Of a stretch of DNA of 64,000 bases, positions 37,945-52,249 are shown piece after piece (position 1 is the first letter of the stretch; every line of letters begins with the position of its first letter). Source of the stretch: Camelus dromedarius (lineage: Eukaryota); NCBI RefSeq assembly GCF_036321535.1, contig NC_087436.1, forward strand, positions 13,268,001-13,332,000. Reading direction: 5' to 3'. Under the pieces are notes generated by a model. That model saw only the letters and a program-made list of their open reading frames with translations, searched no databases and was not told the DNA's origin. The translations under genes were made by a program, and so were the position numbers.

Positions 37945-39240
37945 TGTTTTTTTTTTAAATGATTTAAAATTTAGGTCATAAAAACAGTACAAGGTACACC
38001 CCATGTACCCTTTGCTCAGAATTACCAAATGTTTATTTTATTCTATTTGCTTGATCATTCTTTCTCCAGATAGATGGATGAATGGATAAGTAGTAAACAG
38101 ATAATTGATAGATGAAGATAGATATGTGTATAAATGGATGTGCGCACATATGTGTTTATATATTTATATATGTGCACACATTTGTATATATATATATATA
38201 TACACATACACATATACATGCATATTATTTTTTTGAACCATTTGAGAGTAACTTAAAGACATCATATGCCTTTACCACTTCATGCTTCAGTGTATATTTC
38301 TTACAGACAAGGGCATTCTCTTCTAAAACCACAGTGCCATTCTCAAAATAAAGATATTTAATTTTGGTGCAGTTCTGTTAGCTAATCCACAGGCTTTATT
38401 CAAAGTTTGTCAAAGGTCTCCAGAATGAACTGAAGTTCAGGGAACTGTGTGCCGTTCCAGGACTCACTCCAGGAGCACTCACTACATTTGGTGATCACGT
38501 TTGTTTTTTAGTCTCCTTCAACTGGGAAAAGTTTCCCCAGCCTTTGTTTTTGTTGACCTGTTTAATTTTGAAGATTACAGGCCAGTTGTTATAATAATAT
38601 TCCTCAGTTTGGGCTTGACTGATGTTTCCTCTTGGTCAGATTCAGATTACACTTTTTTTTTTTTTTTTTTTTGGCAGAAACATCACAGAGTGATGCTCTG
38701 CCCTCCTCAGTGCTCAGATTAAGAGGCTCAGGCACTGAGCAGGTCCCGTTACTGGTAACACTGACTTCCATCACTTGGATAAGGTGATGTGATGTCCACA
38801 GGATTTCTCCACTGTTAAATAGCTCTTTTTTCCTATGTAACTAATCGGTAATTTGTGGGGAGCCCCTTTGAGACCAGGCAAACATCCTGCTCCTTATCAA
38901 ACTTTCATTCACCAGTTTTAGCATCAGTTGGTGATTTTCTGAGTCCATCGTTCCTTCTGCATTTATTACATGGCATTCTATTTTATCCTTTTTGATTGTT
39001 TTTAAGTCTGTAATTATGAGTTAACATGTACTTCCCCCATTCATTTTTCTACTTGTGTCAGTATGAAATCATAGGTTTTTTTTTATTTTATTCAGTGTGT
39101 TATAATCCATAACTATCATCATGTATTATTATGCTGAAATTGAGCTAGATCAACCAGTAAGAGCCCTTTCAAGCTGGCTCTTCTGTGCTTTGACTATGTC
39201 TCCATTAATCTTTGAACACTTCTTTACTTTCTAGCAAAAT
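37945..39240 (-). mobile_element. Ancient L1MC-like 3' region
   Basis: TTTGAACCATTTGAGAGTAA, CAAGGGCATTCTC, TCACTTGGATAAGGTG..TTTCTCCACTGT, GAGCCCTTTCAAGCTGGCTC motifs. Confidence 0.8.
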
Positions 39241-42064
39241 AAAAGGTTTATGAGCACTTTTAGCAAAATAATTACCTGTGAACATTAGCTATAGCCACAG
39301 AAAAATACCATTGGAGTCAGCCTCCCCTTTGCACACCCTCATCCTGGAAGGTTCGTGGAAGGAAGGGAAGGGTATAGCATACCCAGCAAGGAGACTGGCT
39401 CTGAAACCTTGCGTCCTGCAAGGCTACCAGTAAGCCTTTGGCGACAGAAGCCTCTGTGTGGGCTTAGTCGCTGGGGCCACCGAGTAGAAGGAAAATGTGC
39501 TTTTGCCATTTATTTCTTATTCAAGCATCTCTGAATGTCTTTTGTCATCATCTGATGACAACTTTTCTGCTTTTGCATGGCAGGAGAGATGACGAAGAGA
39601 AAAATAATCAGTTTCAAAAAGAATTTGGGATCTTAGATATACACTGTCCTTGCCTCGGCCTTCAGTGCCCACAAACTGTGTTTATATCAGGCGTCTCTGT
39701 ACCAGGAGGCAAGTGCAAACAAGAGGCAGCAGCACAAAATGTGGAGGCTTTTGCAGTGGACCGTACCTGCATCCCCAGACACTTCTCCATTGGCCCACAA
39801 GTGTAACAGGATGGGGGAGACATGAATCCTGAAGGAATACGAAGGGAAGTTTGTATTTCACGTGTCAACCGAAATTCCCATTCCCCTGTGACAGAGGGCT
39901 AAGATCGATCCATTACTCTCCACTCCAAAATAAAGAACATTAAAGGATTTCACCACTAATCCCTCTTCAGACCTTAAAAGAAGATTCACGGTGTGGGCTA
40001 ATTTTACTGCACATTTTGTCTTCAGATCACAGTTTTCTAGCAGATGACATGATCACAGGGTATTCATCATAATACAAACGAATTACATCTTTTCTTGTCG
40101 GGAGACAATGACACAACTGGGAGTCCGGTCCTGGAAAGCCGAGTTCTCCACCACGCTTAGTGATGAGGAAAGGGAGCAGTCAGGGAGTCCGAGACTCAGC
40201 TAGAAAATTGAATTCTGTAAAACTCGAAGCAAATAGCTCCAGGAACTTTGCACGGATGGCCTGACGTCAGTGTTTGCCAGATACGGACCTTACCCCTGAA
40301 AGTGGGAAAACACAATCTCCCAGATCGACACACATGATGATAGACTTGAAAGAGAAATAAATTATACCCCTAATAGCCTCGATTTAATCTTTGGGACACG
40401 GTTAAACCGAGCACATGAAATGAGGCCAAAACATGTCCTCACATACCTCATAACAAAGTAAGCCCTTTTATTTCTGCAATAGACATTAATTTTATGGTTT
40501 GGTTGGGCACCATCACCCTCACCTCTCCACTTAGAGAGGAATTTCCCCTCAACTCAAATCCAGAGAAGGGTGGAGGGTGTGGGAAGAAGCAAGAGACCAC
40601 AAGCTCCAAGTGGTCCAAACGCACCACGCTTCACCTTATGTTATTGGGAAATGCAGTGACTTTAAAAGCAATTGAGAAATAAATGGGTTTGCATGTGGAA
40701 AGTCAGCCTGAACAGAATGGATAAGGGAGTCTCTTGGCACACGAAAGGTGTCTGATAAAGTGTGTTCCAGACCAAAGCTCCAAATTAAGTATTTGCGAAT
40801 GTCATCCAAAAGAAAGGGGGGTGGGGAGAGAAAGCCAAATAGTTGGCAAAAACACAGCTCAATCGTGAAACTGTACACCAGGCTGCCAAGTCTCAAAGAG
40901 TACTCTTAGGTGCAATTTACTCCACCAACTAAATAAGAGGCAGCTATAAATTACAGATGAATGCAGATGCTGGTGGACTCCAGAGTCACCTCCAAACCTA
41001 TTAAAACTTTTCTGATGCCTGATAGCCTGAAAGGTTGAAAGTAGTTGTTAATGCTATGATGACCTGCTTAAAGAAGATGGTGTGTGTGCATGTGTGCGTG
41101 CATGCGTGTATGAGAGAGAGAAAATGTGAAAGAGACAGACAGACAGACAGAGGTCTACTGCTCGGCACCCATTCTACCCTGCCAGTCCTGCCCAGTACCT
41201 CAGAGAATAAAAGAAAATGCCTGTGGAAACCACCACCTGATGCCAATGGAAAAATCAAAACTGCTCCAAGAACGAAGGTGCCAGCAGAGCTGTGGAAGTC
41301 ACAGAGCTTTCGCTGATTTTTAGGAATGTCATGCCTGCATCAGGGACTGACTTTAAACACACTCGCATTAAGATGATGCTTCAGGGAAAGCCAGTGTGAA
41401 TATCAGGGGAGGAAACCAGTTTCCACACTTCCATCGCAAGGAGATGAGGTTCCCAGGGCAGGGTTGACAGGAAGAGGCTGTGCCCCAGCTTTGGGTCCCT
41501 GAGACTCAAGGGCACAGCTCTGGTTCCTGGAGTGGGTCTGTTCGCCTCAGAGTAGCAAGGATGGTCTGGACCCCTCTCTGTGCTGTGCTCTGCTGTTGAC
41601 AGAAGGCTAGAACGTATGCTGAAATCTTTAAAAGATCCAACTCCTCTAAAGTGTTGAAAATCTTTTATTCTGAAATATGTGCTTTAGGGAACCCAAAGTG
41701 GCATTCCTAAAATACCGCCTAAAATGTTATGCAGTGGTAAAATTATGGGATCTTCCTCATCCTCCTTGAGATGATCATCAGATAGAAAGGAAAATGACCA
41801 AGGAGCAGACAATCCAGATCATTAACTCCTTTACAAGAGTGCTGTTCATGTATCTGCAATCTCCCAAACTCCTTCCTTTCACATGTCTTGCCTGGGACTC
41901 TACGTGGTACATTCACCAGACAGGCAGATTCTGTCTTCTCAAAGCTGACAACTGAAAACAAACAATCCTCCACCAAAAAAAAAAAAAAAAAAAGATATAC
42001 AAGGCAGACTGATGAACAGACAGTTCTGAACACAACGTAAATCATATGTATTCAATCTCATAGC

Positions 42065-42740
42065 AAAGAGAACAGACCTGGGAACTGGACAGAGTCCCAA
42101 GTGTACCACTTACTGTACTGATGACCTTGGACGAGTTACCGAACTTCTCTGGGCCCCACAGCTCACATCTTTGAAATGGGGTAATCATAAAAATACCTAC
42201 CAGTATTAGTCAGGGTTACCAGAGGAGCAGAACTAATGAGATGTGTATATTTCCTATTTCTATCTATAGGAAGAGATACTAAGGCATTGACCCATGCAGT
42301 CACGGAGACTGGCAAGTCCAAAATCTGCAGGGTGGGCCAGCAGGCTGGAGACTCCAGGAAGAGCTGATGAGGCAGGTGACAGCTAAAGATCATCTGTTAG
42401 CAGAATTCCCTCTTGCTTGAGGGAGCTCAGAATTTGGTTCTATGCAGGCCTTCAACTGATTGGACAAGACCCACCCATACTATAGAAGGCAATTTGTTTT
42501 ACTCAAAGTCCACCAATTTCAAGGCTTATCTCATCCAAAAATACCCTCACAAAAACCTTCAGAATGATGTTTGACCACCTATATGGGCCCCCTGGCCCTG
42601 CCAAATTGACACAGAAAATAAACCATCACACCAGCTCAAAGGATTTTGGCCAGAAATAAATGAGTCGGTTTATGTAAAATGCTTTGGCTGGTGACAGGCA
42701 CATAAGTGATATGTAAGTATTAACCATTGCTGTGCTTTCT
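42065..42740 (+). mobile_element. MIR split by an MLT2 insertion
   Basis: GACCTTGGACGAGTTACC..CACATCTTTGAAATGGGGTAATCATAAAATACCTACC resumes after 42630 as CTCAAAGGATTTTG..AAATAAATGAG..TGTAAAATGCTT. Confidence 0.7.
42202..42630 (-). mobile_element. ERVL LTR (MLT2-like)
   Basis: TATTAGTCAGGGTTACCAGAG, GGCAAGTCCAAAATCTGCAGGG, GGCCTTCAACTGATTGGA, TTGACACAGAAAATAAACCATCACA. Confidence 0.9.
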
Positions 42741-44256
42741 ACTATTATTATCATTATTCTTATCAGGTAATGAGTAATGAGTGGCAGAAGAACCACTTTG
42801 ATGATGACTTCCCAGGAGCAAGAACCATTCTTCTCCTGAGCAGTTGGGAAAGACCTCGTAGAGAAATGGGAGGTTTGGGGAAGTGTGGGAATCAGAAAGA
42901 GTGGCTGGAACACCATGAGACTAGTGTGGCCCAAGGGAAATCTGACTAGGAGCACGGGGGACTGTGTAAGAATAAGAGGAAAGGGGCAGCCTTTGGAATA
43001 GAAGGTAAAACCCTCAGGCTTCCTTTGCAGAACCACTGGAAGCCTCTCTAAGGCCTTCGTTGGGGAAGGGGGTAGAATGAACTGAGTGAGGGGGGATTTA
43101 GATACATTAGACAGAAAAGTTGAAGGAAGAGTCGAACAAGAAGAGATTGCGAAACACGCCAAGTAATGAACAAAGACGACCGTTTTGTCCACTGCCCGCG
43201 AGGACTACAGAAATGAAGGGGAAAGTGTATCATTGAGTTGAAAATATGATAGGCTTTCTTGCTGAGGATGTTGACAACTGCCTGCAGGTCGATGCCCGTA
43301 CAGGGAAAGCTTGGCCCAGGGGAGAGTGGCAGAAAATTCAGCAACTTCTTTTGACAAGTATCGTTTCCATTCAGCCTTTTCCAGAACTCCGCAGTCTATT
43401 TCTCACTTTAAATAAACCCACCCTTCTGAACTTACACCATTAATAAAATAAGACATTAATTTATTCTGCTCAAAAGGCTCAAATTTAACACTGCATGTTA
43501 GACAGTGACAAATTAGGTTATTGCAGCCTAACTCCAGTAGACATTCATAATCCAAAAGAAAAAGACAGGAAGAAAGTTAAGTTGTGGGATCCGGGTACCA
43601 GTAAATCCTCATGCATGGGAGGTTGAGAGGGCAACATTCAGAACCAGGAACTAAGAATAGGCTGCAAAGCCATTCTTTATTCAAGACCCGTGGCCATCAC
43701 TCCATGGACATCACTTCAACAACTTGTTTCTGCAGTTGTTTGATTCAACTGAAGACCTCTTTCCTTGTGAAAACCACACACATTTTATGGTAGGTTTCAG
43801 TGAAGAACTCAAGTTCCTCTCACATAAATAAATTTGACAGTTAACTTGGTTTGAATCAATCTTTTTCATCCAGCTTATCCCCTCAACATGTTAGTGGTGA
43901 AAAGAAGTGAACCCTGACCTGAGGCTCACCACGGTCCCTGAAGAAGGGACCACTGTTGCCTGACATCCCAGGTGTCAGTGTTTAGACACAGTAGGGGTTA
44001 GCATCCTCCAGCCTGGCTCTGTGACTGCCTTAACTACCTGGAAAATTCTCATGTGCCCAGGCTAGAAGGCCGGCAGCAAAGCCATAGGGATAAAGGTAGC
44101 CATAATTTCTCTTGCCATCCTTTCTGAAAAAAACATAGAGCAAGGTCAAGTTTACTTCTATTCAATGTGTACTGATCAAGTATCTATTATCGAAAAACTA
44201 GACGTGTAGCACCTACACACTGAATACCTCCAATGGGCTCACCATTTAAAAAAAAA

Positions 44257-44694
44257 TTTTTTTTATTGACTTATAGTTGATTTACAATGTTGTGTTAGTT
44301 TCAGGTGTACAGCAAAAGTGATTCAGTTACACATATATATTCTTTTCCAGATTCTTTTCCATTGTAGGTTATTAAAGATATTGAGAATAGTTCCCTGTGC
44401 TGTACAGTAGGTCCTTGTTGTTCATCTGTTTTATACACAGTAGTGTGTATATGTTAATCCCAAGCTCCTAATTTATCCCTTCCCTGCTTTCCCCTTTGGT
44501 AACTATAAGATTGTTTTTTACGCCTGTGAGTCTGTTTCTGTTTTGTAAATAAGTTCATTTGTATCATTTTTTTTAGGTTCCACATATAAGTGATAGCCTG
44601 TGATATTTGTCTTTGTCTGACTTACTTCACTGAGAATGATAATATCTAGGTCCATTCATGTTGCTGCAAATGGCATTATTTCATTCTTTTTTAT
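44257..44694 (-). mobile_element. L1 3' end (artiodactyl-type)
   Basis: TATAGTTGATTTACAATGTTGTGTTAGTTTCAGGTGTACAGCAA, GTTCCCTGTGCTGTACAGTAGGTCCTTGTTG, CATGTTGCTGCAAATGGCATTATTTCATT. Confidence 0.93.
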
Positions 44695-46654
44695 GTAATA
44701 CTTTTAATCCATTAACTCAAGAAGAAACAAGATCATTTCCTTAAAGAAATTTGATATAAATATAAATGACCCTCCAAAATGGTTCAGTAATAAAGCATAT
44801 GTAGGTAGTTGTCTTAACAGGTAACAAAGATGGCATGTTCAAGAGGGTTTCTACAGATAAGGAGATGGATGAGCGGTGAGAGCCTTCAGTGGTTGTTTAG
44901 CAGTCAGTTGTGGTTTTGTTGTAGTCGTGAGAAGCGAGCTCATGGTCCTACTACTCTGCCATCTTGACCGGAAATTCCTTGAGAGACTTCGAAGCTGAGA
45001 AAAGGTAGGTCTTCAGCTGGCTTTCAAGGATGGGTGGGATTTGGGTTGGCAGCAAGGAAAGGGTGCTCAGTCCTAGTGGAGGAAGGGCAGTGACTGAGGA
45101 ATGGAGAACAACAGTGAGTGTGGCCGTACTTTCAGGACCTGCCAAGAGATCAGGCTGCCTGAGCAGAGAGCGTATGTTAGGGAGCAACAGAAGACAAGGG
45201 TGGAGAGGTCATGGGGTCACGTTGCATCACACTGCTCTCTGGGGAAGCCCATGCTTGCTTTCTTCCCTTGCAAGGATCTGAGTCCAGCTGAGTCCCTGGG
45301 GTGACGTAGTACTAGCCCAGTGCCCACCATGTAACAGGTGTTCAGTAAGGGTCTACTGATGAACTGGCCCATCTGCTTTGCTGTCATCCATCTCTCCCAT
45401 CACAGTGATCAATTCCACAGATGTTCTGACTGTGGACATAAAGAAGGGCAGGCCCCTAGAAGCATCTCACTTGCCTTGGCTACCACACATTGGTAGTTTG
45501 GGTTGAGTGTAACAGATGACCAGAGGCCAACTATAGTCAAGTTTTTTTAAGTAGTTGAAAATGAAGAAGTATCTTTCAGACATTTTTCTTTTCTTGAGGA
45601 TTTCAGAAAATGAGGGACTTGGGGAAACCACAGGGTGAGAAAGAATGAGAAGGGAGAAACTTTTAGAAAATAAAATACACACCCCTCTCACTGGCCCCAA
45701 AATTTCTTGTGAGACTAAGTAGGGGTCTGGTTTGATGATGGAAAAAAATCACCATTAGCTTATTATTTTTACTGTACTTTCTTCCAAAAGACAAATCACG
45801 GAAAGGGTAACTGTAAAATTACAAGGAAAATCGTATCTGGAAAAGGAAGACTCAGAACTTAAAAAAAAATGGTTCAGCTTCAGAAGACTGCTTTGGTGTT
45901 ACTTCAGTGGAAGCTTAAGGACCAATGCATAACTTCCACGTTCCCTTCCCCCAGCTGTGATCAATGGAAGCACATCAAAATGTGCGTGAGCTTCTGAGGG
46001 ACGGAGATGTGTGCTGTGCCCCACTGACTTACAGAAGACATGCCGTGTGTGCGAAAAGTGAGCTTAGGTTGGGTTGAGCTGATGAGATTTCTGGGTGGCT
46101 AATGTAGCAAAACCTGGCCTGTCCTAAGACCAAAATCTGGAATAAAAATAGGAAGATAATGCTACAATTCGATTAATTGTGGGTTGTGGATTTCACCCTA
46201 ATGCCCCACCACTCTTTATTATTTGATTAATACCCTTTTAGAGTATTAAAAACTGCATAAAAATGGCTATGCAATTGGAGTAGAGGAGCATATGCCCCGC
46301 GTTCCAAACTGTGAACACATTGAAATCTCATAACCCCCAAGTCTGCAAATAAACACTGAACATGTCTAAAGCTTAAAAAAAAAATAATAGGAGGATGAAG
46401 GATATTAACTATTTTCAAATAGATAATAAGTATTAAACTGCAACATCTACAATACATTATTTGTATAGGAAACAACAATAGGGTATCATGATCTGGTTCA
46501 TTTCCCTTTTCCCTAACACATATGCCCATAATAACCTTAGAACAAATAAGGCAGATTAGTATTCTCATGACATCATTATGCATATTAAATAAATTGATCA
46601 TGCATGAGATAAAAATATTGCCTGCATGCAGTCTATTAGCTGACCCTGGAGACA

Positions 46655-46990
46655 GAAAATAACAATAGCTAATATACTGAACACTTAATATGTGCCAAGT
46701 CCACTGCCAAGCATTTTACGTATGTTATTTTGTCTAAATCTCACGACAACTCTATCATCCCCATCTTATATGGGGAAAGTGAAGTTCAGAGAGGTTAAGT
46801 CACTTGTCCAAGGTCACACAGCTAATAAAAGGTAGAGTTGAGATGAATCCAGAGTGTGGCCTCTGAGCTTCCCTGCTTAAGCAATATGCTAGATTGTCTC
46901 TTCATTTTTCCCCGAGGCAGGAGAGGTTAAATGGTTCCCCCGAGCTCACAGAGTTAGTCAGCAGCAGAGCCTCAACCAGAGTCTAGACTT
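46655..46990 (-). mobile_element. MIR plus second MIR core fragment
   Basis: AATAGCTAATATACTGAACACTT..GAAAGTGAAGTTCAGAGAGGTTAAGTCACTTGTCCAAGGTCACACAGCT. Confidence 0.85.
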
Positions 46991-47319
46991 TTTTCTCCCT
47001 TCTTCACTGCCCTGCCTCTCCCCAGCCTCTTCGCCTTGTCTTTATCCCCTCTGCGTGTTCCCCTGCTCCTGTCCAGGATTCCGTGGTGGTAGAATCCTGG
47101 GTGTGTTCTAATGCCAGGGGGCTGTATTTCTAACATACTTGATAACACCTTTCTTCTCTACTCGGAAATGGAATGGTGCACTGATCTGGCTGACTGAACT
47201 CAGCCCAGTCATCCTCCCAGTTGTCTCCAGGTTCATCATCTGCTCTTGCTATTTCTCCATTTTTTATAAAGATTTCAGTTTTCCAAATAATTTGGATGTC
47301 AGAATAAGAAACACTGCCC

Positions 47320-48150
47320 CAAGGCGGGGTGCGGGGGTGAACACGGAGGATTAAATTTGGTCCATCAGCTCCTCCTGTGTAGGGCCTGTTCCCGCACCAC
47401 CGACTGGGAGGGATCCGGCCTGTCTTTGCTCTGGGCCAGGGTGGTTCTCCACAGGGCCCCCAGCTCCCCTTCTGTGGCTGCGGAGGCGCCTCGATCGGGA
47501 GGAGTCAGGTCTGTGGCAGGAAGAGAGGAGCCGCCCAGGCCCACCTCTGGCCTCCTGGCGTCCTGCTCTGGTCCAGGATGGGAAGCCACACTTCTTGGGA
47601 ATGCTCTTCTTAGGGAGAATTTTAAGGGTCGGGTAAATCCTCTGAGAACCCCTGACTTCTTCTGCATTTCTTTCCAAACAAGCCTCCAGTTGAAGACAGG
47701 CAAGCGGCTGTAAGGAGAGGAGAGGCCCGGCTCTGCGGAAGCCGGCTCGGAGCCCAGGCGGGAGAAGCTGCGGCCAGATTCCAAACGTTGATTTCATTTC
47801 CATGGCTCATCGTGGCAAGAGCAGAGGATGTGCCCTGAAGGATTTGACGCATCCTGCCCCTACACTTTTGAGCTGTTTTATTTCCTTTCAGACTCAGGAA
47901 ACTTGGATGGGCGTTGAGGGAGTGCGGAGAAATCAAGATCTCAGTTTACAAGACTAAACCAGAGCCCCCGCAGGTCGTTTGGGGAGAGGTATCACACTTC
48001 ACTGCGCACGCGCCGTCCTGCGCTGGCTCAGCGCCTCTCCCGGACTCCGCAACCCAGGACCTCGCCTGGCAGATGATTGGAGATGGGAGGTGGGAGATGG
48101 ACCCGCCAGACTCAACAAGGCAGGAGCAAGATGGCCACCGTTCAGCCTCC
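47320..48150. promoter_or_regulatory. CpG-rich island (orphan)
   Basis: Local GC/CpG enrichment (e.g. GCGCACGCGCCG near 48004) with no recognisable CDS. Confidence 0.6.
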
Positions 48151-49254
48151 CAGGTCCAAGGGAACTTGACAAACTCAGTCTTTTGCTGTAGAAATCAGAA
48201 TTCCTGATGGTGATCTGGGAAGGGTGGGTGGGTGGGGGAAAGGACGAAAAACTAGACAAGAAACCCAGCGGTTTTGTTCCCTTGTCTTCATATTTATGAA
48301 CCAGCAGCTCGGAGATTCCCAACGTACCTTCTCCTGTTATAGCTTCTTTTTTTTTTTTTTTAACTCCTGAAAGTTAGTAGACCTGAGCCAAGTTTTCTCC
48401 CTGGAGAAAACAGGGGAAAAGGGGGCCTGTGTCCTGCATTTTAAAACATCTGGTGGGACCATCAGGAGTAAAAAAAAAGCAAAGGCTATATATAATTTAA
48501 CTTACCTTTTGGGATAGTTTTTATTACATTTACTTTCTTGGATACACAAAAAAGTTTGGCATTTCCCCCATTAGTTAATGGGTTCGGAATTTTATTAATC
48601 AATGTCTAGATGTTCATAAAATAATGCCACCTTTTAAAAGCAGGGGCAAGGACCATTTCCAAATGCTTCCAGTCAGAAGGAATAATATTAAAATGCAGGT
48701 TGCATATGTGCTAAAACCAGTCTTTGGGGAGTGGGACATAAGCTCTCAATTATCCCAACTACCTCCAGAGCCTGAGATCAAGGCCAGAAATACACCCCAG
48801 GCTGAGGAATGCACCCGAGGACTGGGCCGACAGGGCCCTCAGGCAGCCAAGCTAAGCTCCTCACTTCCCTCCACCCAAGCCCCACTGGAAACTCACCTCT
48901 AGTCCAGCCCTGAGCTGTGAGGCATTAATCACTCATCTCCAGGGAGTGCGCTGGCTCTCAGGCCCAAGGGGTTCTCCTTGGAGATGATGTGCAGGCCTCT
49001 ATGTGCTGGAAAAGCCCAAAGTATACCCTACAGCTCCCTTTTTTTTCAGAATCACACATTTAGTGTGACTGTTTTTGTCAACTTCTCCCACTGGTTGATA
49101 AGATTAGTAGGAACAGGGACCATGTTTGCTTTGCTCACATTCAGTATCAAGCACCCAGCAGAGTCGGATATAAAATAGTTGCTTAATATGTAGTTAGTGA
49201 ATATCAAACAATGTCACTCCTCGGTAGCCACTAAAGAGAAATGAGTGCATTTGT

Positions 49255-49600
49255 GCATTAAATAGCATGGATGCAAATGTTCATAGCAGATCTATTCTTA
49301 ATAGCCAAGACCCAAAAACAGCCCAAATGTCTGTCATGAGTAGAATGTGGGGTATTTGTACAATGGAGTACCTAGACATTTTTTTTAAAGAATAAGAAAA
49401 CAAAGCTACTACTTTTCAACAACACAATATTGAGAAAAAGAAGCCCCCCTGCCAAATGTGTGATTACATTTATATTAAAGTTCAGGGACAAACAATAAAT
49501 CAATGATGACAGAAGTCAGAAAAGTAGCTGCTTCTGAAGGGGCTGAGTAGCTGTAGGTGGATAGGCAGGTGCCAGGGGTATGGACTGGAAAGAGTCTAGA
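49255..49600 (+). mobile_element. Ancient L1M 3' fragment
   Basis: AATGTTCATAGCAG..TAATAGCCAAGAC..CCCAAATGTC, ATGATGACAGAAGTCAGAA. Confidence 0.6.
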
Positions 49601-49949
49601 ATTCCTTGAGGCTCTGGAAGTCCTTCCTCTAGTTCGAGGAGGAACAGATGCTGGACTGGTCCACACTGAGAATGATAATTGGTGAAGGAAAGCTAGTTCT
49701 GCCGAAGAATTTGGCCTAATGAATTGCCCTATAAAAGGAAAAGTGTAAACAGTGACTTGTCCTTGTTCATCCTGAATCTCAGAACAGGGCCCATCGAAGA
49801 GTAAAAGGCTTTTTGAATGAAGTCAAACTTTGGCCACACTCCCTTCTGGCGTGATGCTCCCACCCAGTACCCTGGCATGCTCAGTTGACACTCTCCCTGC
49901 CCACAAGACCCTGCTAAGCCTGGAGGACCAGCTGCTCTCTCCAGGCAGA

Positions 49950-50710
49950 AGGTCTAAAAGGCACATCTCAGATCCCCTCCATCAGCCCGTTCTATCTCCT
50001 GGGCTGCTGCCTTCTCTGCCACCTCCTCCCAGTTATTCACATCTGACACCTCAGCCATCTTTAATGTCTTCCTCTCCTCCACGTCTCCCAGCTACTCAGC
50101 AGCCAAGCCCATCTCATGTACCTGTTCCCCTGTCAGTTTCCACCACTATCATTCTAGCTCAAGCCTTGATTACTTTCAAAGACTCCTTATTGCCTACCAG
50201 GTAAGACACCACACTCCTTGGCCTGCCACTGAAGACAGTCTAAAAATAAGCCTCAAAATACCTTTTTAATCTTTATCTCCTATTACTCCTTCACAGGCCC
50301 CATTCATTTAAGTCAGACTGAGTGATTTGAATTCCCCAAGCAAAGGTGGCTGTTTCCCACCCTCCACAGCTTTGCTCATAGCTTTCCCTCTCCTGGGAAC
50401 ACCTCCCTCTCTTGTCTGTCCACCTGGTACCCTGCATACCACCATCAGCTCCACTTGTGATCTTGACCATCCTTCACAAATGCTCAGCCTACCTGTTGCC
50501 TCCCCACTGTGAGCCCCTGAACTCCCCAGGTGTTTGTCCTTAGTTCCTGCCCTCAGTTGATTCTTTTTTTATTTGTGTCATTCTTACGGTACTTACTATA
50601 TACTGTCTTATGGTAGCGTCTCCAGCTCATTTAGGGCACAGTACAGGTCTTATTCCTCTTTAAACTCACACAGTATCTTGTCCTCAGGCAAAATTGAATG
50701 CATGTTGATG
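49950..50710 (+). mobile_element. L2 fragment, highly diverged
   Basis: CCACCACTATCATTCTAGCTCAAGCC, CCACAGCTTTGCTCATAGCTTTCCCTCTCCTGGGAAC typical of the L2 3' region. Confidence 0.55.
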
Positions 50711-52249
50711 GAAAGAATAGACACAGGAAGGGAAGAAAATCAACCCTCGATTAGCTGTTATATTGAAGGAGTCAATAAATTAAATGAAAAAATGACTGTA
50801 ATGATGAAACATTACCTATGTAGTACTGGAACTTCCTGGCACCACCTCAGATCAGATCAAGAATTCTACTTTGGATAAAATCAGCCTTAATGACTGGCAA
50901 GGCTTGGATATTTTAGGATTCCCAAGAGGTGTCTATTTCCCTTGTGACCTGATACAATCGTACAATACCACTCAGCTCAAAATAAAATAAGACTAACATT
51001 ACCTTCTCTCTGCCATCCACTGCAATATGTAGTTTTGGAAAAGTGAATGACGTCCCAGGCTCAGTGACCTTATCTGTCAAATGTGACTGCTAATCCTGCT
51101 TTGTCAGATTCTTAGGACGAGTGACCCAGTGCAGGCAGGTAGAAGGTGCTGAGGTGGCCTTTAGCATACTGTTTCTACTCTACCACAGCTGGGGAGCTCG
51201 TGGTCCTGTCTGGCTCCGCATGGCTTTGGCAGGAAAAGGGAACCTGCCTCTCTCCATCCCCGGACACAGCAGGGGGCTGTTCTAACCTCCTCTCTCTTGC
51301 CCTTGTGAGAAGTTATATACCAGGAGGCAGTTTGAGGCAGGCTCCCTAAATTTTATGAATTCCTCCACTTCTGAGTTCACTAAGACCAGAGCAGCTTTTC
51401 CCAGGAAGGAGAGAAACATTCCAGTCTGTTGAGATAAAAATGCCCAGGGGATTGTCCAGGGGAAATCATACAGGAAGGAGACTGACAGGATTACGTGGCA
51501 GAGGCTTCACGAGAACACAAGGTCACAAGGTCAAGCAGGCAAAGTGAGAAAAGGAGAGGAGGCTTCTGCCAGTTCCTGTAGATGATCACATAGGCTTAGC
51601 ACCAAGAGCAAACACACACACAAATGCACATTAAAGATACCAAAAACAAATCCCTTGGAAAAAATTATCTTCCCTGGCAGAAAACTGGGAAGTGAACTGT
51701 GAGAGGCCGGGCTGTTTTGGCTGGCGTTCACTAGACACTCCATACATTGAAAACGACTGCTCACTAGTCAGGCCAGAACCCTAGGCCGGCCCTCCGCTCT
51801 CCCTGGCTCTCCTCAGGGACCGTGTCCAACTGGCAGTGCATCTGAATTGGCAGGGTCCCACCTTGCTCTAAGTGAATGCATGTGCCCCTCTCAAGCTCAC
51901 AATCGCTAGCCTGGCCGATTGCCCCTTTCTGGAAAGTTAAGGTGGCCTTTGACCAATGCATGACAAAGCCCAACTACGCGACTAGCCATCCCCTGAGCAG
52001 TGGAAAGAGGCCTTTGCTCCCCAAGCCCCTGGACATATAAAGACTTTCTGTTCAAAGAGTCAAATGCAGGCTCCTGGATTCTCCGTGCACATTTCTGTGG
52101 CTCTTAGGTCCAAAGTGGAGAGACGTTGGTAGAACCGAAAAACCAGTTAGCCACTGAGCAGGAATCTAAATATGCCCCAGGGAACACAGCCCAGAGTAAA
52201 ACTGTTAATTAAATCGCAGTGGAAAACGAAGTCTAACCACAGACATCTT

